Shown here piece after piece: positions 27,517 to 41,156 of a stretch of 64,000 nt of DNA. Positions within the stretch are counted from its first letter, which is position 1. Each line of letters opens with the position of its first letter. This DNA is from Octopus sinensis (taxonomy: Eukaryota): contig NC_043006.1 of assembly GCF_006345805.1 (NCBI RefSeq), forward strand, positions 53,506,001-53,570,000, in the 5' to 3' direction. Under the pieces are notes generated by a model. It was given only the letters and a program-made list of their open reading frames with translations. It was not told the origin of the DNA and made no database searches. The position numbers and the translations under genes were made by a program.

Positions 27517-30082
27517 AGTAAATTGAAAAACAGAACAACAGTTGAACTTTTACATGGAAATACAAGGTAAAACTGTTCTAATAAATATCTACCTGAATAT
27601 ATGTGTGCGCACGAGAGTGAGAGACAGAAAGAGAGACAGAGTGAGAGAGACACAGAGAAAGAGTTCTTGAAAAACAACCCGGGATGCACATTACTCAGAG
27701 GAATTACTCAGAATGGTGACGAAGTTAGCTTGGGAGGGAAAGCTTAAACACAAAGACGATGTATGTGTGTGTAGGGGGGACAGAGAGAGAGAGAGAGAGA
27801 GAAAGGCCATAACAATTAAGGTCAGTCAGGCAGCCACAGTCAGACTCTCTTTGTTGGTATCGGAGAAATATAAGCAGAAATGGTGTGTTTTCTTCCGATT
27901 GTATAAATAACTTTGCTCCTCTCTATGCAAGACCAGAATTTTTTTTTAAATAATAACATATTCCAAACCCATCAACTGATAGCAATTTGGTATCGACTAC
28001 TACTACTGGTTTTGCTACAGTTGCTATTATTGTTCCTTAACCCCTGACCAAGTAGTCTTATGGACAATGATATTTCAACCACTACATTTATCCAATACAT
28101 TTTTTTATTGGTGGAGAGGAATTAGACGATGTTTCCGCCCCCCCCCCCAGTGATTGACCAAATAATAGAAATGTTTCAAACTTTGGCAGAGGGCTGGCAA
28201 TTATGATGGGAAGGTCTTTACCTTCTGAGTTCAACTTCCGTCGAGGTCGACTTTGCTTTTCATCCTTTCGGGATTGATAAATTAAGTACCAGTTGCGTAC
28301 TGAGGTCTATCTGATCGGGTCTTGTGCCTAGAGTAGAAAAGAATTATGATGGGAATGGAAAGTCGATTACATTAACCCAGCTGCTATTTATTTTGGTTTA
28401 TTTTATCGATCTCGAAGAATGAAAGTCTAGGTTGACTTCAGCTGGATTTGAACCAAAATGATAAGAATAATAGAAATTGTTTCTTTTATAGGCACAACGC
28501 CAGAAATTTTGTTGGAGGAGGTTAGTCCTTTACATCGACCCCAGTGCTCGACTGATACTTATTTTATCAACCCCTGAAGGACGAAAGGTAAAGTCGACCA
28601 TGACGGAATTTGAACTCAACGTAAAGACGAGTGAGACACCGCTAAGCATTTTGCCCGGCGTGCTAACGATTCTGCCAGCTCGATTAATAATAATAGTTTC
28701 GCATTAGGTATAAGCCACCAATTTTGAAAGGAAGGGACCAGACAATACCATCGACCTCGGACGAAAGACAAATACAACAAATAATAATAATACATATGTT
28801 TACGTTCTGAGTTCAAATTCCGCCGAGATCGACTTTGCCTTTCATCAGTTCGGGTCCATAAAATAAGTACCAGTTGTACACTGAGGTCGATGTAATCGAC
28901 TTATTCTCTCCCCCGAAATTGCTGACCAAAACTTGAAAGTGATACCAATAATGAATGAGACAGCGAACTCGCAGAATCGTTAACAGTATTTTGTCTGTAT
29001 TTACGTTCTGAGTTCAAATTCCGCTGAGGTCGACTTCGTGGCAAAATCTGAAACCATTATCAGTGTGTGTGTGTGTGATGGGCATATCTGTACGTGTGTG
29101 TGTCTGTATTCTTTGTAAGCAATTGTTTTGTTAGTAAAAAAACTGAGCTGTCAGAAAAATAAATAAATGCAGTCGTCCCACTTCCTTCCCCCCTCACACA
29201 CAAGCGTACACACACACACACACACATACCCTGCCCCATACCACCTACCCACACCATACACATATATCCTGCCCCATACCACCCCAAAACCCACCCACCC
29301 ACCCACCCACACATTGACTTCTCTCTTGCTGCAATTATACTGTCTTTTGTCGAAAGACGAATTACTAAGGAAGAAGAAGAAGAAAAAAGGAGGAAACATC
29401 AACAATAACAACTTCCATAATAATTCTAATTAAAAGTCTTTTTCTTTTCTCTCTCTCTCTCTCTCTCTCTCTAATATTGACGTGAACTGAATGAAAAGGA
29501 AAAAAAGTTTTAGTGATAAATCTCTTCCTTTCTTTTATCACAATATTAACTAAATCTGAGACATGGAAGGAAACACATGATTTATAAAACCTTATAATTA
29601 TACGTATACTTATTTATTTCTTTACACCGTATGAACACACGCACATAGGACGAACGATATCACAAAAAAAAACTAAATTAATTAAAGGTGATTATTAATT
29701 AGTCAGTGGGTTCTTTGGAGGTAGAGAAGCAGCTGCATTAGAACCTACAGCTGTACAAGATTTAATACACACGCACACAAGCAAACACACACACACACAC
29801 ACACATATAAACACACACATACGCACGCAACGTATACGCAAAGAAAGAACCCACTCACTCTAACTTGTACTACTGCTACTAACTACTACTACTACTACTG
29901 TTACCACGACCGCCGCTGCTGCTACTGCTGCTGTTTCTGTTTCTGTAGGCTTTGCTCAACAAATAACGGAGATTCACAAGAGGGATATTAAAAGTCAGGG
30001 AAAGACTTCTTGATATAGATATGGACTTTAGCTAGCATGGCCCATCAACCTACAAGGTGAGTTCTATATTGTAAATACTATG

Positions 30083-30997
<915 letters not shown>

Positions 30998-31134
30998 TAA
31001 GAGTCTGTATGCATGTTTTCCTTGAGATGTATATAAATTGCTTCGTAGAATTCAAGCCGGTCATAAACGAAATGACAATGTGTACGTACGTATGTGTGTA
31101 TGTATGTGTGTATGTATGTATGTATGTATGTACG

Positions 31135-31381
31135 TATGGATGGATGGATGGATGGATGGATGGATGGATGGATGGATGGATGGATGGATGGGTGGATGGA
31201 TGGATGGATATGTACATACGAACGTAGATATGTATGTGTTTGTATACATGTTTATATAGATAGATTTCTTTATTGGTCACGCAGGGCTGAACACAGAAGG
31301 GACAAAATACAAAGTAGAGCTTTTTCTTTTTGGGAAGAAGAGGGTGGGAAGAAAAAAAAGGGTCATAGCTAGCTAGCTAGT

Positions 31382-31469
<88 letters not shown>

Positions 31470-31610
31470 TACATGTGTGTATGAGTTAGTATATAAAAAT
31501 GCGGGTATACATACACACATATACATACATACATACATACATACATACAACATACATACATACATACATACATACATACATACATACATACATACATACA
31601 TTAATTATAT
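31135..31610. repeat. Tetranucleotide microsatellite cluster: (GGAT)n, (AGAT)n and (TACA)n
   Basis: Seen directly at about 31135-31208, 31380-31468 and 31510-31600. Confidence 0.95.
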
Positions 31611-31955
31611 ACGTATGACCACACACAATATAGCACACATACACAAATCTGACTCGCGAAAATTGGACGCGGAATGTTTCTTTCTATAAGTTTCAAACTC
31701 AAATCAATACGATATTGACTCCGCCTCGCCTAACTTTATATCTTGCAGTGTTCGATAAGCTGTATGTATACATCAGTAATTTACAGAATCGATTATACAG
31801 ACAGTAACACTCCTCTACCAAAAACTGATATTGTGTAGATTCATAAGTCATCGATATTTCATGCACGTATGAAATGTGATGTCTCTCTGTGTGTGATGTG
31901 TGTATGTTGTTTAGCCCCAAGTCAGTCCTGATCCAGTTGACCCTATGATCTAGCT

Positions 31956-32166
31956 CAAGGATTCTCAACCATTTTTTTTACCTATGGATCCTTTTGATTC
32001 CTATTCGATGTTTAAAAAATCCTATTATGTTTTTATAATTAAATATTATTAGGAATTGTATACAAAAATTTGTTAAAATATATTGTGTGTTGTAGAAGTA
32101 CAACCAGTTTATTGCAGACACATTTTGGCAACAAAATTTTATGTGGACCCCAGATGAGAACCTCTG
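31956..32166. mobile_element. hAT-like MITE
   Basis: Degenerate TIRs CAAGGATTCTCAA and TGAGAACCTCTG. The flanking 8-mers ATCTAGCT and ATATAGTT match at 6 of 8 positions, suggesting a TSD. Confidence 0.5.
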
Positions 32167-32883
32167 ATATAGTTAGGCTCATTCGATATGAGGGACTTCA
32201 TTGTTCAATGTGTCCTTCCAGTTTTTTAAAGCTGGTATGAGTGACTTGAAGGAAATTTAGCTGTTGTTTCTAGAAGGTCGATCATATATTTATTTCTTTA
32301 TTGCCCACAGGGGGGCTAATCATAGAGGGGACAAACAAGGACAGACAAAGGGATTAAGTTGATTGCATCGACCCCGGTGCGTAACTGGTACTTATTTAAT
32401 CGACTCCGAAAGGATGAAAGGCAAAGTGGAACTCGGCGGAGGTCGATCACATATCGTCGACTCAATAACTGTTTAACGTATGGATGCGTGTGCGCGTGTG
32501 GTGTATGTCCGTACGTTTGTGATGCGTGTGTGTGTGTGTGTGTGTGACGGACGTATATGTTTATCATTTGCTTGTTTCAGTCACTGGACAGCGGCCATAC
32601 TGGAGCACCGCCTTGAAAGGTTTAATCGAATAAATCGATCCGAGTACATTTTTTTTTTTCAAGTTTTGTAATTATTTTTTCGGTTTCTTTAGCCGAAATG
32701 CTTAGTTACGGGAACGTAAACAAACTAGCATCGGTTATCAAACGGTGGGATGGAGGGAAACAAACACAAATACAGAAACACACACATACATACATATGTG
32801 TGTATTGATAATTTATGATGCATGCGTGTGTGTGTGTGTGTATGTATGTGTGTTGCAAGTATGTGATGTACGTATGAAATACA

Positions 32884-32929
<46 letters not shown>

Positions 32930-34369
32930 ATATGTGTAGAATAGGGTATTGAACACAACTCCCTTGTACTAAATGTCTCATATACACACACATATTTCTG
33001 ATATATATACATATATGAATATTGTACACACACGCACACACACACAAACATATATGTATGTATGCTTATATACGCGTGTAAATGTATGTGTATATGTATA
33101 TGCCTTGTACATGCTTCAGTCATTGGATTACGGCCATGCTGGAGCACCAGCTTGATGGGTTTAAAGTCGAGTACATCGACCCCAAAGTCTGGGTACTTAT
33201 TCTATCGGTTTCAGAAACGTAAACAAAGCAACACCAGTTGTCAAACGGTGTGAGACAAACACACACACACACTCGCGCGCGCACACACACACACATATAT
33301 TGATGGGTTTCCCCATACTGTTCCCGTCTACCAAATTCACTCACAAAGCATTAGTAGGGGCGGAATTATATAGTCTTAGAAGGCACTTGTCCAAGGTACC
33401 GCGCAGCGGGACTGAACCCGAATCCATGTGGTTGCTAAGCGAGTTACTACTTAACCACACTTTTAATCCGTGAATTTGGATAAGTCTGTGGTGGGAGAAA
33501 AAAAAAACATTTCTTCTTTCTCTCTCGCTTGTTTTGTCTGTCCCCGTATTGTCCCCTCTTTTTCTCAACCTCTTGGTGAATAAAGAAATACTCTCTCTCT
33601 CTCTCTCTCTCCCTCTCACTCTCCCTCTCCCCATTCCTCCCTCCCTCGCACGCATACACACACACACATTCGTACACGCACACATCTGAAGAGACGGTCT
33701 GGAGATGTTATACTCTCCCTCCCCCCCCCGCTCTTTACTAATTTATCCAAACTCAGTAACTTCCCTGCATCAGTTTTTACCGCCACAGGCGACAGTTGTC
33801 ATCGTCACCGCCGTCCCTTTCCACTCTCCTCGGATTCTCTGTGTCACATTCAGTACATATTTTGGTATGTATTGTCATTCCCGCTCAGCTTCCCACAATA
33901 TAACAGCATTACACCTTGTTTCTTTCATCCTCATTTCCTCTCATTCTCTCCCTCTCTCTTTCTTTCTCCCCCTCTCTCTCTCTCTCTCTCACACACACAC
34001 TCTTTCTCATATCAAACTTATCTGCCTTCTCTTTTTCTTTCTCTTATAACCATGTTCTTCGCTTTCTTTCTCTGTCTATCTTTCGCTCTCTATCTACACT
34101 TCTCTTTCCTTCTCTCATATTCACATTCTCTCTTCCTTTCTTATATCAAATTTTTCTATCCTCTCTCTCTCTCTCCCTCCTTTTCTCTTTCTCTCTCTCC
34201 CTCCCCCTCTCTCTCACTCTTTCTCTCTCTCTCTCTCTCTCTACTCCTCTGTTATCCTCAAATACTCACGCTCACACTTTCTCTTTCATATCAAATTTGG
34301 AAAATTTTCCCCCCTTTTACTCTTTCTCATGTGCATATAACCACACTCCTCTCTTTCTCTGTCTGTCTG

Positions 34370-34401
<32 letters not shown>

Positions 34402-34471
34402 GATATTGACAAACGTCTCTCTTATACTGTTGCTACAATTTAATGCTATCTCTCTTTCATTCACATACCTC

Positions 34472-34502
<31 letters not shown>

Positions 34503-34806
34503 CCTCCTCCCACCAACAGAAAGTCATTCATTTCAATCATCATAACCTCACCACTTACCACAACACAACCATCACCATCACCACTGCCACTTTATTATTC
34601 CCCCATCCCCACACCTCTATTTTAACCACCTACCTTATTACTACCACCATCATCATGCGCATCATATTATCTCCCACTCCTACCCACTATATAAGTACTA
34701 TATAACCATCCCTGTCAGCAACCACCGTATTACAACTACCAGCATTGTATGACTAGCACCGCTACCACCACCGCTATCATAACTACAATATTACCATTTC
34801 TACCGA

Positions 34807-35012
34807 AAGGCGGTAAGCTGGCAGAAACGTTAGCACGCCGGGCGATGTGCTTAGCAGTATTTCGTCTGCCTCTACGTTCTGAGTTCAAATTCCGCCGAGG
34901 TCGACTTTGCCTTTCATCCTTTCGGGGTCGATATAATCGACTTATTCCGTTTGTCTGTCCTTGTTTGTCCTCTCTGTGTTTAGCCCCTTGTGGGTAGTAA
35001 GGAAATAGGTAT
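34807..35012 (+). mobile_element. SINE family B copy
   Basis: Near-consensus family-B head and tail. An inverted partner lies at 35185-35330. Confidence 0.8.
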
Positions 35013-35184
35013 TTCGCCAGTCTTCAAATTCTGCCGAGGTGAACTTTGCTTTCCATCCTTTCGGAGTCGATTAATTAAGTGCCAGTGAAATTCTGGTGTA
35101 GATCCTAATCGACTAGTCCCCCTCCCGCAAAGCTTCGGGCCTTGTGCCCATAATAGAAAGGATTGCTATTTCTACCGATAGAGT

Positions 35185-35330
35185 ACCTATTTCTTTACTA
35201 CCCACAAGGGGCTAAACACAGAGGGGACAAACAAGGACAGACATAGGTATTAAGTCGATTACATCGACCCCAGTGCGTAACTGGTACTTAATTTATCGAC
35301 CCCGAAAGGATGAAAGGCAAAGTCCACAGT
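35185..35330 (-). mobile_element. SINE family B, 3' half
   Basis: Reverse complement of the family-B tail (cctatttctttactacccacaaggggctaaacacagagggg...cgaaaggatgaaaggcaaagtc). Confidence 0.8.
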
Positions 35331-35680
35331 ACCACCACTATGCTTGGTCTCCTTCCCTCCTCAGTGGTACGCAGTGGTACACCTATCGTACTTAGACGGA
35401 AAGAGGAGGAAGAAGGGGGTTCTTTGAAAGAATAATTCTCGCTAAAACTTTGATTTGAACCATTGAACAGTTCGTTTTTACGTTTCTTTCTCTCTTTCAG
35501 TCTTTCTTTCTCTCTTTTTCTTTCTTTCTGTCTTGCTCTCTTCTTTCCCCTCTATTTCACTATCATTTTTTTGCCCTTCTCTAATAGAAATTGAATTTTC
35601 CCTTGTTAATTGGTCGAGATAGAAACACACCCACACTCACTCACACATGCACACCACATACCTACACCTACGGGTATTTT

Positions 35681-35900
35681 CTTTTATTCTTTTACTTGTT
35701 TCAGTCATTTGACTGCGGCCATGCTGCAGCGCCGCCTTTAATCGATCAAATCGACCCCAGAACTTATTTTTTGTAAGCCTAATACTTATTCTATCGATCT
35801 GTTTTTGCCGAACCGCTAATTGACGGGGACGTAAACACACCAACATTGGTTGTCAAGCGCTGTGGGAGGACAAACACAGACACACAAACATACATTTATA

Positions 35901-35971
<71 letters not shown>

Positions 35972-36128
35972 CAGGCTTCTTTCAGTTTCCGTCTACTAAA
36001 TCCACTCACAAGGCTTTGGTCGGCTCGAGGCTATAGTAGAAGACACATGCCCAAGGTGTCACGCAGTGGGACTGAACCCGGAACCTTGTGGTTGGTAAGC
36101 AAGCTTCTTACCACACAGCCACGCCTGC
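35681..36128 (-). mobile_element. SINE family A, full-length copy
   Basis: Reverse complement of the family-A head, internal (TA)n and tail. Confidence 0.85.
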
Positions 36129-36392
36129 GCCTGAGAGAGAAAAAAGAGATACAGGGACAGAGAGAAATAGCTTGAGAGAGAGAGGGGGGGAGTCAAATGC
36201 AAAGTGGAATGTTCAAATACTCTTTTACCATTTTGGCTGAATCTCTTAATTATGTTATAGTAACAATATCTCACGCTTTTTTAAAAAGGAGTTCCACTAA
36301 GAATTAGCATTTGTTTACATTACACACACATTCAGACTCATGGTTCAAAAACGTCCGGGTAATTCAGAAAACGTGTTTGTGTGTATTTGTGT

Positions 36393-36439
<47 letters not shown>

Positions 36440-37025
36440 TATAAATGTATTATAATTGTTTATGCTTATAATGCATCTGTGTGTATGCATGTGCGTATAC
36501 ACTGTGTTTATAGTGGAATTAAAGTAAGTGAACGGTGATGATGTACGGTGGGTAGGAAGCGGGTGTACCGGGTATTATACAATTATATAATGAGATGAAC
36601 TAGAAACAACGTGTTGTAAAATAACTACCATATGTTCCTCAGACTTTATCCTGCATTTATAAACAACAAGATGTAGAATGAGAGATAAATAGAAATAGTG
36701 TAACACTGGCGCACCCTTGGGTAATTTACACATCTCTCTTTGAATTGTGCCTTTTCTGCGATGAGCGTGTGTGTGTGTGTGTGTTGTGTGTGTGTGTGTG
36801 AACGGGCCAACAGAATGTCGGTAGGTACAATTAGATATAATGAGAAGAAAGTCTAATGTTTCAAGAAATTGCCATTCAACTGAGAATAGAGAATGATAAA
36901 GGTGTTGTTTCGCTCGAAACCTTAAACTTTCTACCATTCATTTGCAGTTGAATTAATTGATATTCTGCGAAGTGCTTGGATTAAATGCTGCCGGCACAGA
37001 CACTCATCAGTTCGTTTCCTGTAGT

Positions 37026-37200
<175 letters not shown>

Positions 37201-39617
37201 CAAATATATATTTATATACACACACAGCAGGAAAGAGATACATATATTTATATATATACACATATTGATATACAGACTACTGATGTGTATTTGTGTGTGT
37301 AAAGAGAAAGAAAGAGGAGCGGTTTAATCAAAGGAATAGTTGCTAAACACAACCATTTCAGGATCTCCGAGTGTGAGGGACAGAGTCGACTGAGAAAAAT
37401 AACTGACTTTTGGGTCTCTAAACCTTCATGGCTTTCTAATCAAATATACGGGTGCTAGTTGCTTTGTTATTGACTTCATTGATGAACGGAAATATCGCCA
37501 TAAAGACAAGCGAATATTACCTCAATGAAAAACCCCATGGAGGGGATGTATACATTCTTAAGAATTCTAATCATCTCTCCGAAACTATAATTAGAAACAT
37601 TGTAACTGGCTTCAGTAGAAGATTCTCCCATTTTTCTTCAAAGTCGTTGGTGACGAATGGCTTTAGAGTGAAATATATGTAGAGAGACGTTTCTCCACTC
37701 CCAGCTCTAAAGAGAGTTAGGAAAAGGAAAATATCCTAACTCATTTTTTCATTAAGTAACACTTTCTAGGCCTATATGAATAAGCAAACTTTATGTGCAC
37801 AGTGTTAAGACTAGTTGCTCTTACCTAGATACTATCATTTTCAGCATCTCACTGCAAAAGAAAAAAGCATATCCCCACACAGTCATTTCTCCTGCACCTA
37901 CCTACAACTGCAGAAATCGATTTGCTATTCGTAGAGAGAATTCTTCTCCAAAGCAGTTGTCTATAGGGTGACTCTTACTCCAGTTGACATTACCTAGATG
38001 AATGATCCAGGACTTACAGTCAATGAAGTTTCATTCAGCACATGTATTTATTCATATCCAGGACAGGGGAATCTCCATCTTCTTGTCTTGCTTTAATTGG
38101 AGATTTCGGAACCAAGAAAATGGCCTGTCCAGAATAACCCGAAATAGATTTGACAATACACTCTTTACTAATTCGAACGCACAACATTTATATCCGCATC
38201 TTCGAGAAACTACACATATTGCAGCAGTCCGCTGTATCTCTTAACAGAAAGACTGAACTTCCATACTGCTGCCACCAACAGTGATCTCTGTAAGCCAGAA
38301 GTTTTTCATGGTATTCCATAAATTTCACTGTAATTTCCCACAAATGACGGTAGACCACCATCTATTGCGTTAAAACCACCTCCCGTCAAGCAGCATCCCG
38401 CCACGAAGCTCGAATTAAGTCTGTGCAAGTGAGCCTCACTAATCATCCAATGACAATTAGCTTTATTTAGAGGCTTTACCGCCTCGTCATTCAATTTTAC
38501 TACAGCGGAAGTCTCAGATACGCATTCTACGTCTGTGAAGCTTTAATCAACGTAAATCTAGTTCAAACTATTAGCATGACGGATGTTAGTTAGGTGCGCT
38601 TTTCATTTTCATTCTTGTGTAAACTTATTACATGTATGCGTGTATTCGTTTAAAACTTGTTTTTCCCATGCCAAGATGAGTTAGACGGAGAAGTATTTGA
38701 GGCAGAATTTTTATGGCCAGATGCCTTTCCTGTTGCCAACATCTGTTTTTCAAGCATTTTAATTCCAGAGCAATTCGGAAGCACGGGGACACTTGATGAT
38801 ATCTTAATAAGGAATGTCAACAAACATCACCGGTTCTAACTCGCCCACAAACATTGACGTCACCGCAAAATATAAATATTCGCTCGTGTGCGTCCGCACA
38901 TACATACACATAAACGGCTGGTTTCCAGGGCTTCCAAGTTCCTTCGCAAGGTATTGGTCGGTCTGGAGTTAGAGGATAAGGAATTTGCTCAAGGTACCGA
39001 GCAGTTGGACTGAACTCGAAATCATGTGTTTGAGAGCCGATCGTTTAATCATACAGCTGTATGTAAATGTTTGTTTGTGTGTGTCTACCAAATCCACTCA
39101 CAAGTGTTTGGTCGGCCCGAGGCTATAGTAGAAGACACTTGCCAAGTTGCCACACAGTGAGACTGAACACGGAACAACGTGGTTGGTAAGCAAGCTACTT
39201 ACCACACAGCCACACCTGCGCCTATATATAGTTATACTTGGAGATGGTCATATTTTGCCAATTAAACACGCTCTGTATATTTGGTCTTCACTTCAGCTTT
39301 ATTATTGTTATCTTAGTTTCTTTGTCAAAGCTCTTTCGACACACATACTGTGACCTCCATCAACGACTTTCTATCCCTCGTGTCTCCTTTTCTTCTGTTT
39401 ATCCCATTTTGTCTTCAAGAGAAGAACAAAATGGAATGAGCAAAACAAGAGGAGACACGTAGAACAGAGACTCGTTGAAGAGACCCCAGGATATGTGACG
39501 AAAGTGCTTTGACAAAGAAACTAAAATAATAATAAAGCTGAAGCGAAGACCAACTATGTAGTGCGTGTGTTTACCGAACAAAATATGACGATATCCAAGC
39601 ATAACAATATCTGTTTC

Positions 39618-39829
39618 TGGGGAACACATACGTCATAGAAACCGGGCCCATGAGCCTGGCTAGGCTTTAAAAGGGCGCATTTATTTGTTATTTATTGTCC
39701 TACCTTTGACACATACATACATAAACGTATACATATATCAAAGGTAGGACAATAAATAACAAATAAATGCGCCCTTTTAAAGCCTAGCCAGGCTCATGGG
39801 CCCGGTTTCTATGACGTATGTGTTCCCCA
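39618..39829. repeat. Perfect 92-bp inverted repeat with a 28-nt loop
   Basis: 39618-39709 is the exact reverse complement of 39738-39829. Confidence 0.95.
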
Positions 39830-40007
39830 ACTGGACGGGACGCCAGTCCATCGCAGCGTTACTAATTTTTGCCAGCTGAGTGGACTGGAGCAACGTGAAA
39901 TGAAGTGTTTTGCTCAAGAACACAACGTGTCGCCCGGTTCAGGAATCGAAACCACAACCTTACGATCATGATGCTGACACCCTAACCACTAAGCCACGCG
40001 CCTCCAC
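39770..40007 (-). mobile_element. tRNA-headed SINE
   Basis: The minus strand reads GTGGAGGCGCGTGGCTTAGTGG (A-box), GGTTTCGATTCC (B-box-like), then GTTGTGTTCTTGAGCAAAACAC...CCAGTCCACTCAGCTG. A related plus-strand copy lies at about 42119-42412. Confidence 0.8.
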
Positions 40008-40511
40008 AAAAGAAGAACATAACTAGCGGAATCGAACAAAACATAACGTGCGGAAAAATAGACGATAACATAACATAAGCGATGACATAGACGATAACAT
40101 AACAAACGGCAAACAGGACAGAAACAACATACACGGACCGTTCGCTGCAGATTTCCTCATCAGTCGGTTTCTGGAAAGTCATTATAGTTTCACACCCTTA
40201 AACAGTTGATTATGGGTGTGAATAAAAATAGGAGCTAAAGTGCCCTAATGCTGTTACAAAGCCGATAACATATACTGTAATAGGTGTTGTTACACATTCA
40301 TATGTATGTGTTTGCGTATGCCAAACTACTCCCCACTCTTGGCACTATTTTGTTAGTGAATAGTACAAACTGTGTGTAAAGTATATAATGTATTACTACG
40401 CTGTAATGTCGTCGTCCGTGTAACAAGAAATGAAAAATAGACACGTAAACAATAACAATGGTTTTCAACTGGTTGTCTTTCTCATTAGAACCCAAACTAC
40501 ACATAACAGGT

Positions 40512-40970
40512 GTTCGGTGTTCGGGGCGATTACAACCACTATCATAGTATATGAGCTTTGTAACAGCATTGGAGCATTTTAGCTCCTGTTTATAACAATG
40601 TAGGTGTTAGTCACATCTTCAGTCAGGTTTAGCTGACGACTATAATTTTCCATTGCGGTATAATATTACAGATAGCTGTATACACATAAGCGATCTGCTA
40701 AATCATCCATAGATTTTTTTATGATGAATATATATACTCTGAGAGGCGCGCTAACCCAGAATCAATGGAACGAGCTGGCTTTACTGAAGATGGCTACAGA
40801 AATAGCCGAAACTAGCCGGTTAGTCTAAGGAATTCTCGGTTCAGTGTTCGGGGCGATTGCAGCCCCTATCAGAGTATATGTTATATGTTTTGTAACAGCA
40901 TTGGAACACCTTAGCTCCTATATCTAACAATGTAGGTGTTATTCACAGCCTTAGTCAAGTTTAGTTTGAT
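40512..40970 (+). mobile_element. Partial tandem repeat (327-nt period) carrying a hammerhead ribozyme; retrozyme- or Penelope-pLTR-like
   Basis: The sequence gttc(g/a)gtgttcggggcgatt...tttgtaacagcattgg...tagctcct...aacaatgtaggtgtt starts at 40512 and at 40839, with about 80% identity by eye. Confidence 0.6.
40768..40842 (+). ncRNA. Type I hammerhead ribozyme
   Basis: Core CUGAAGA (40784-40790) plus an extra U. Stem II is GGCUA/UAGCC with loop CAGAAA, followed by GAA (40808-40810). Stem III is ACUAG/UUAGU with loop CCGG. The cleavage triplet is GUC (40823-40825). Stem I is CUUUA/UAAGG, with a distal helix GAACGAG/CUCG(G)UUC. Confidence 0.85.
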
Positions 40971-41124
40971 GCAGTGTTCTCCCTGTCCAGTCCTTATCGC
41001 TCCATCTTCATCATTGTTGCCTGTGAACTTAATTTTCGTTCAACCAACACCTGAGGATGTCCAGCACGGAGGTTAGGCCCTAATAACATGAGACTAAAAT
41101 AATGCAACTTTCATCTCTACTACC

Positions 41125-41156
<32 letters not shown>

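Noticed and set aside
33872-34705. 277-aa ORF
   Set aside because: It is pyrimidine-rich (CT)n/(CA)n low-complexity sequence giving Leu/Ser/His runs.
41051-41090. CTGAGGA-T-G core-like motif 267 nt downstream of the hammerhead, and other CTGANGA hits (e.g. 2097, 7061, 53627, 56713)
   Set aside because: None has stem II followed by GAAA and stem III, so they are not hammerheads.
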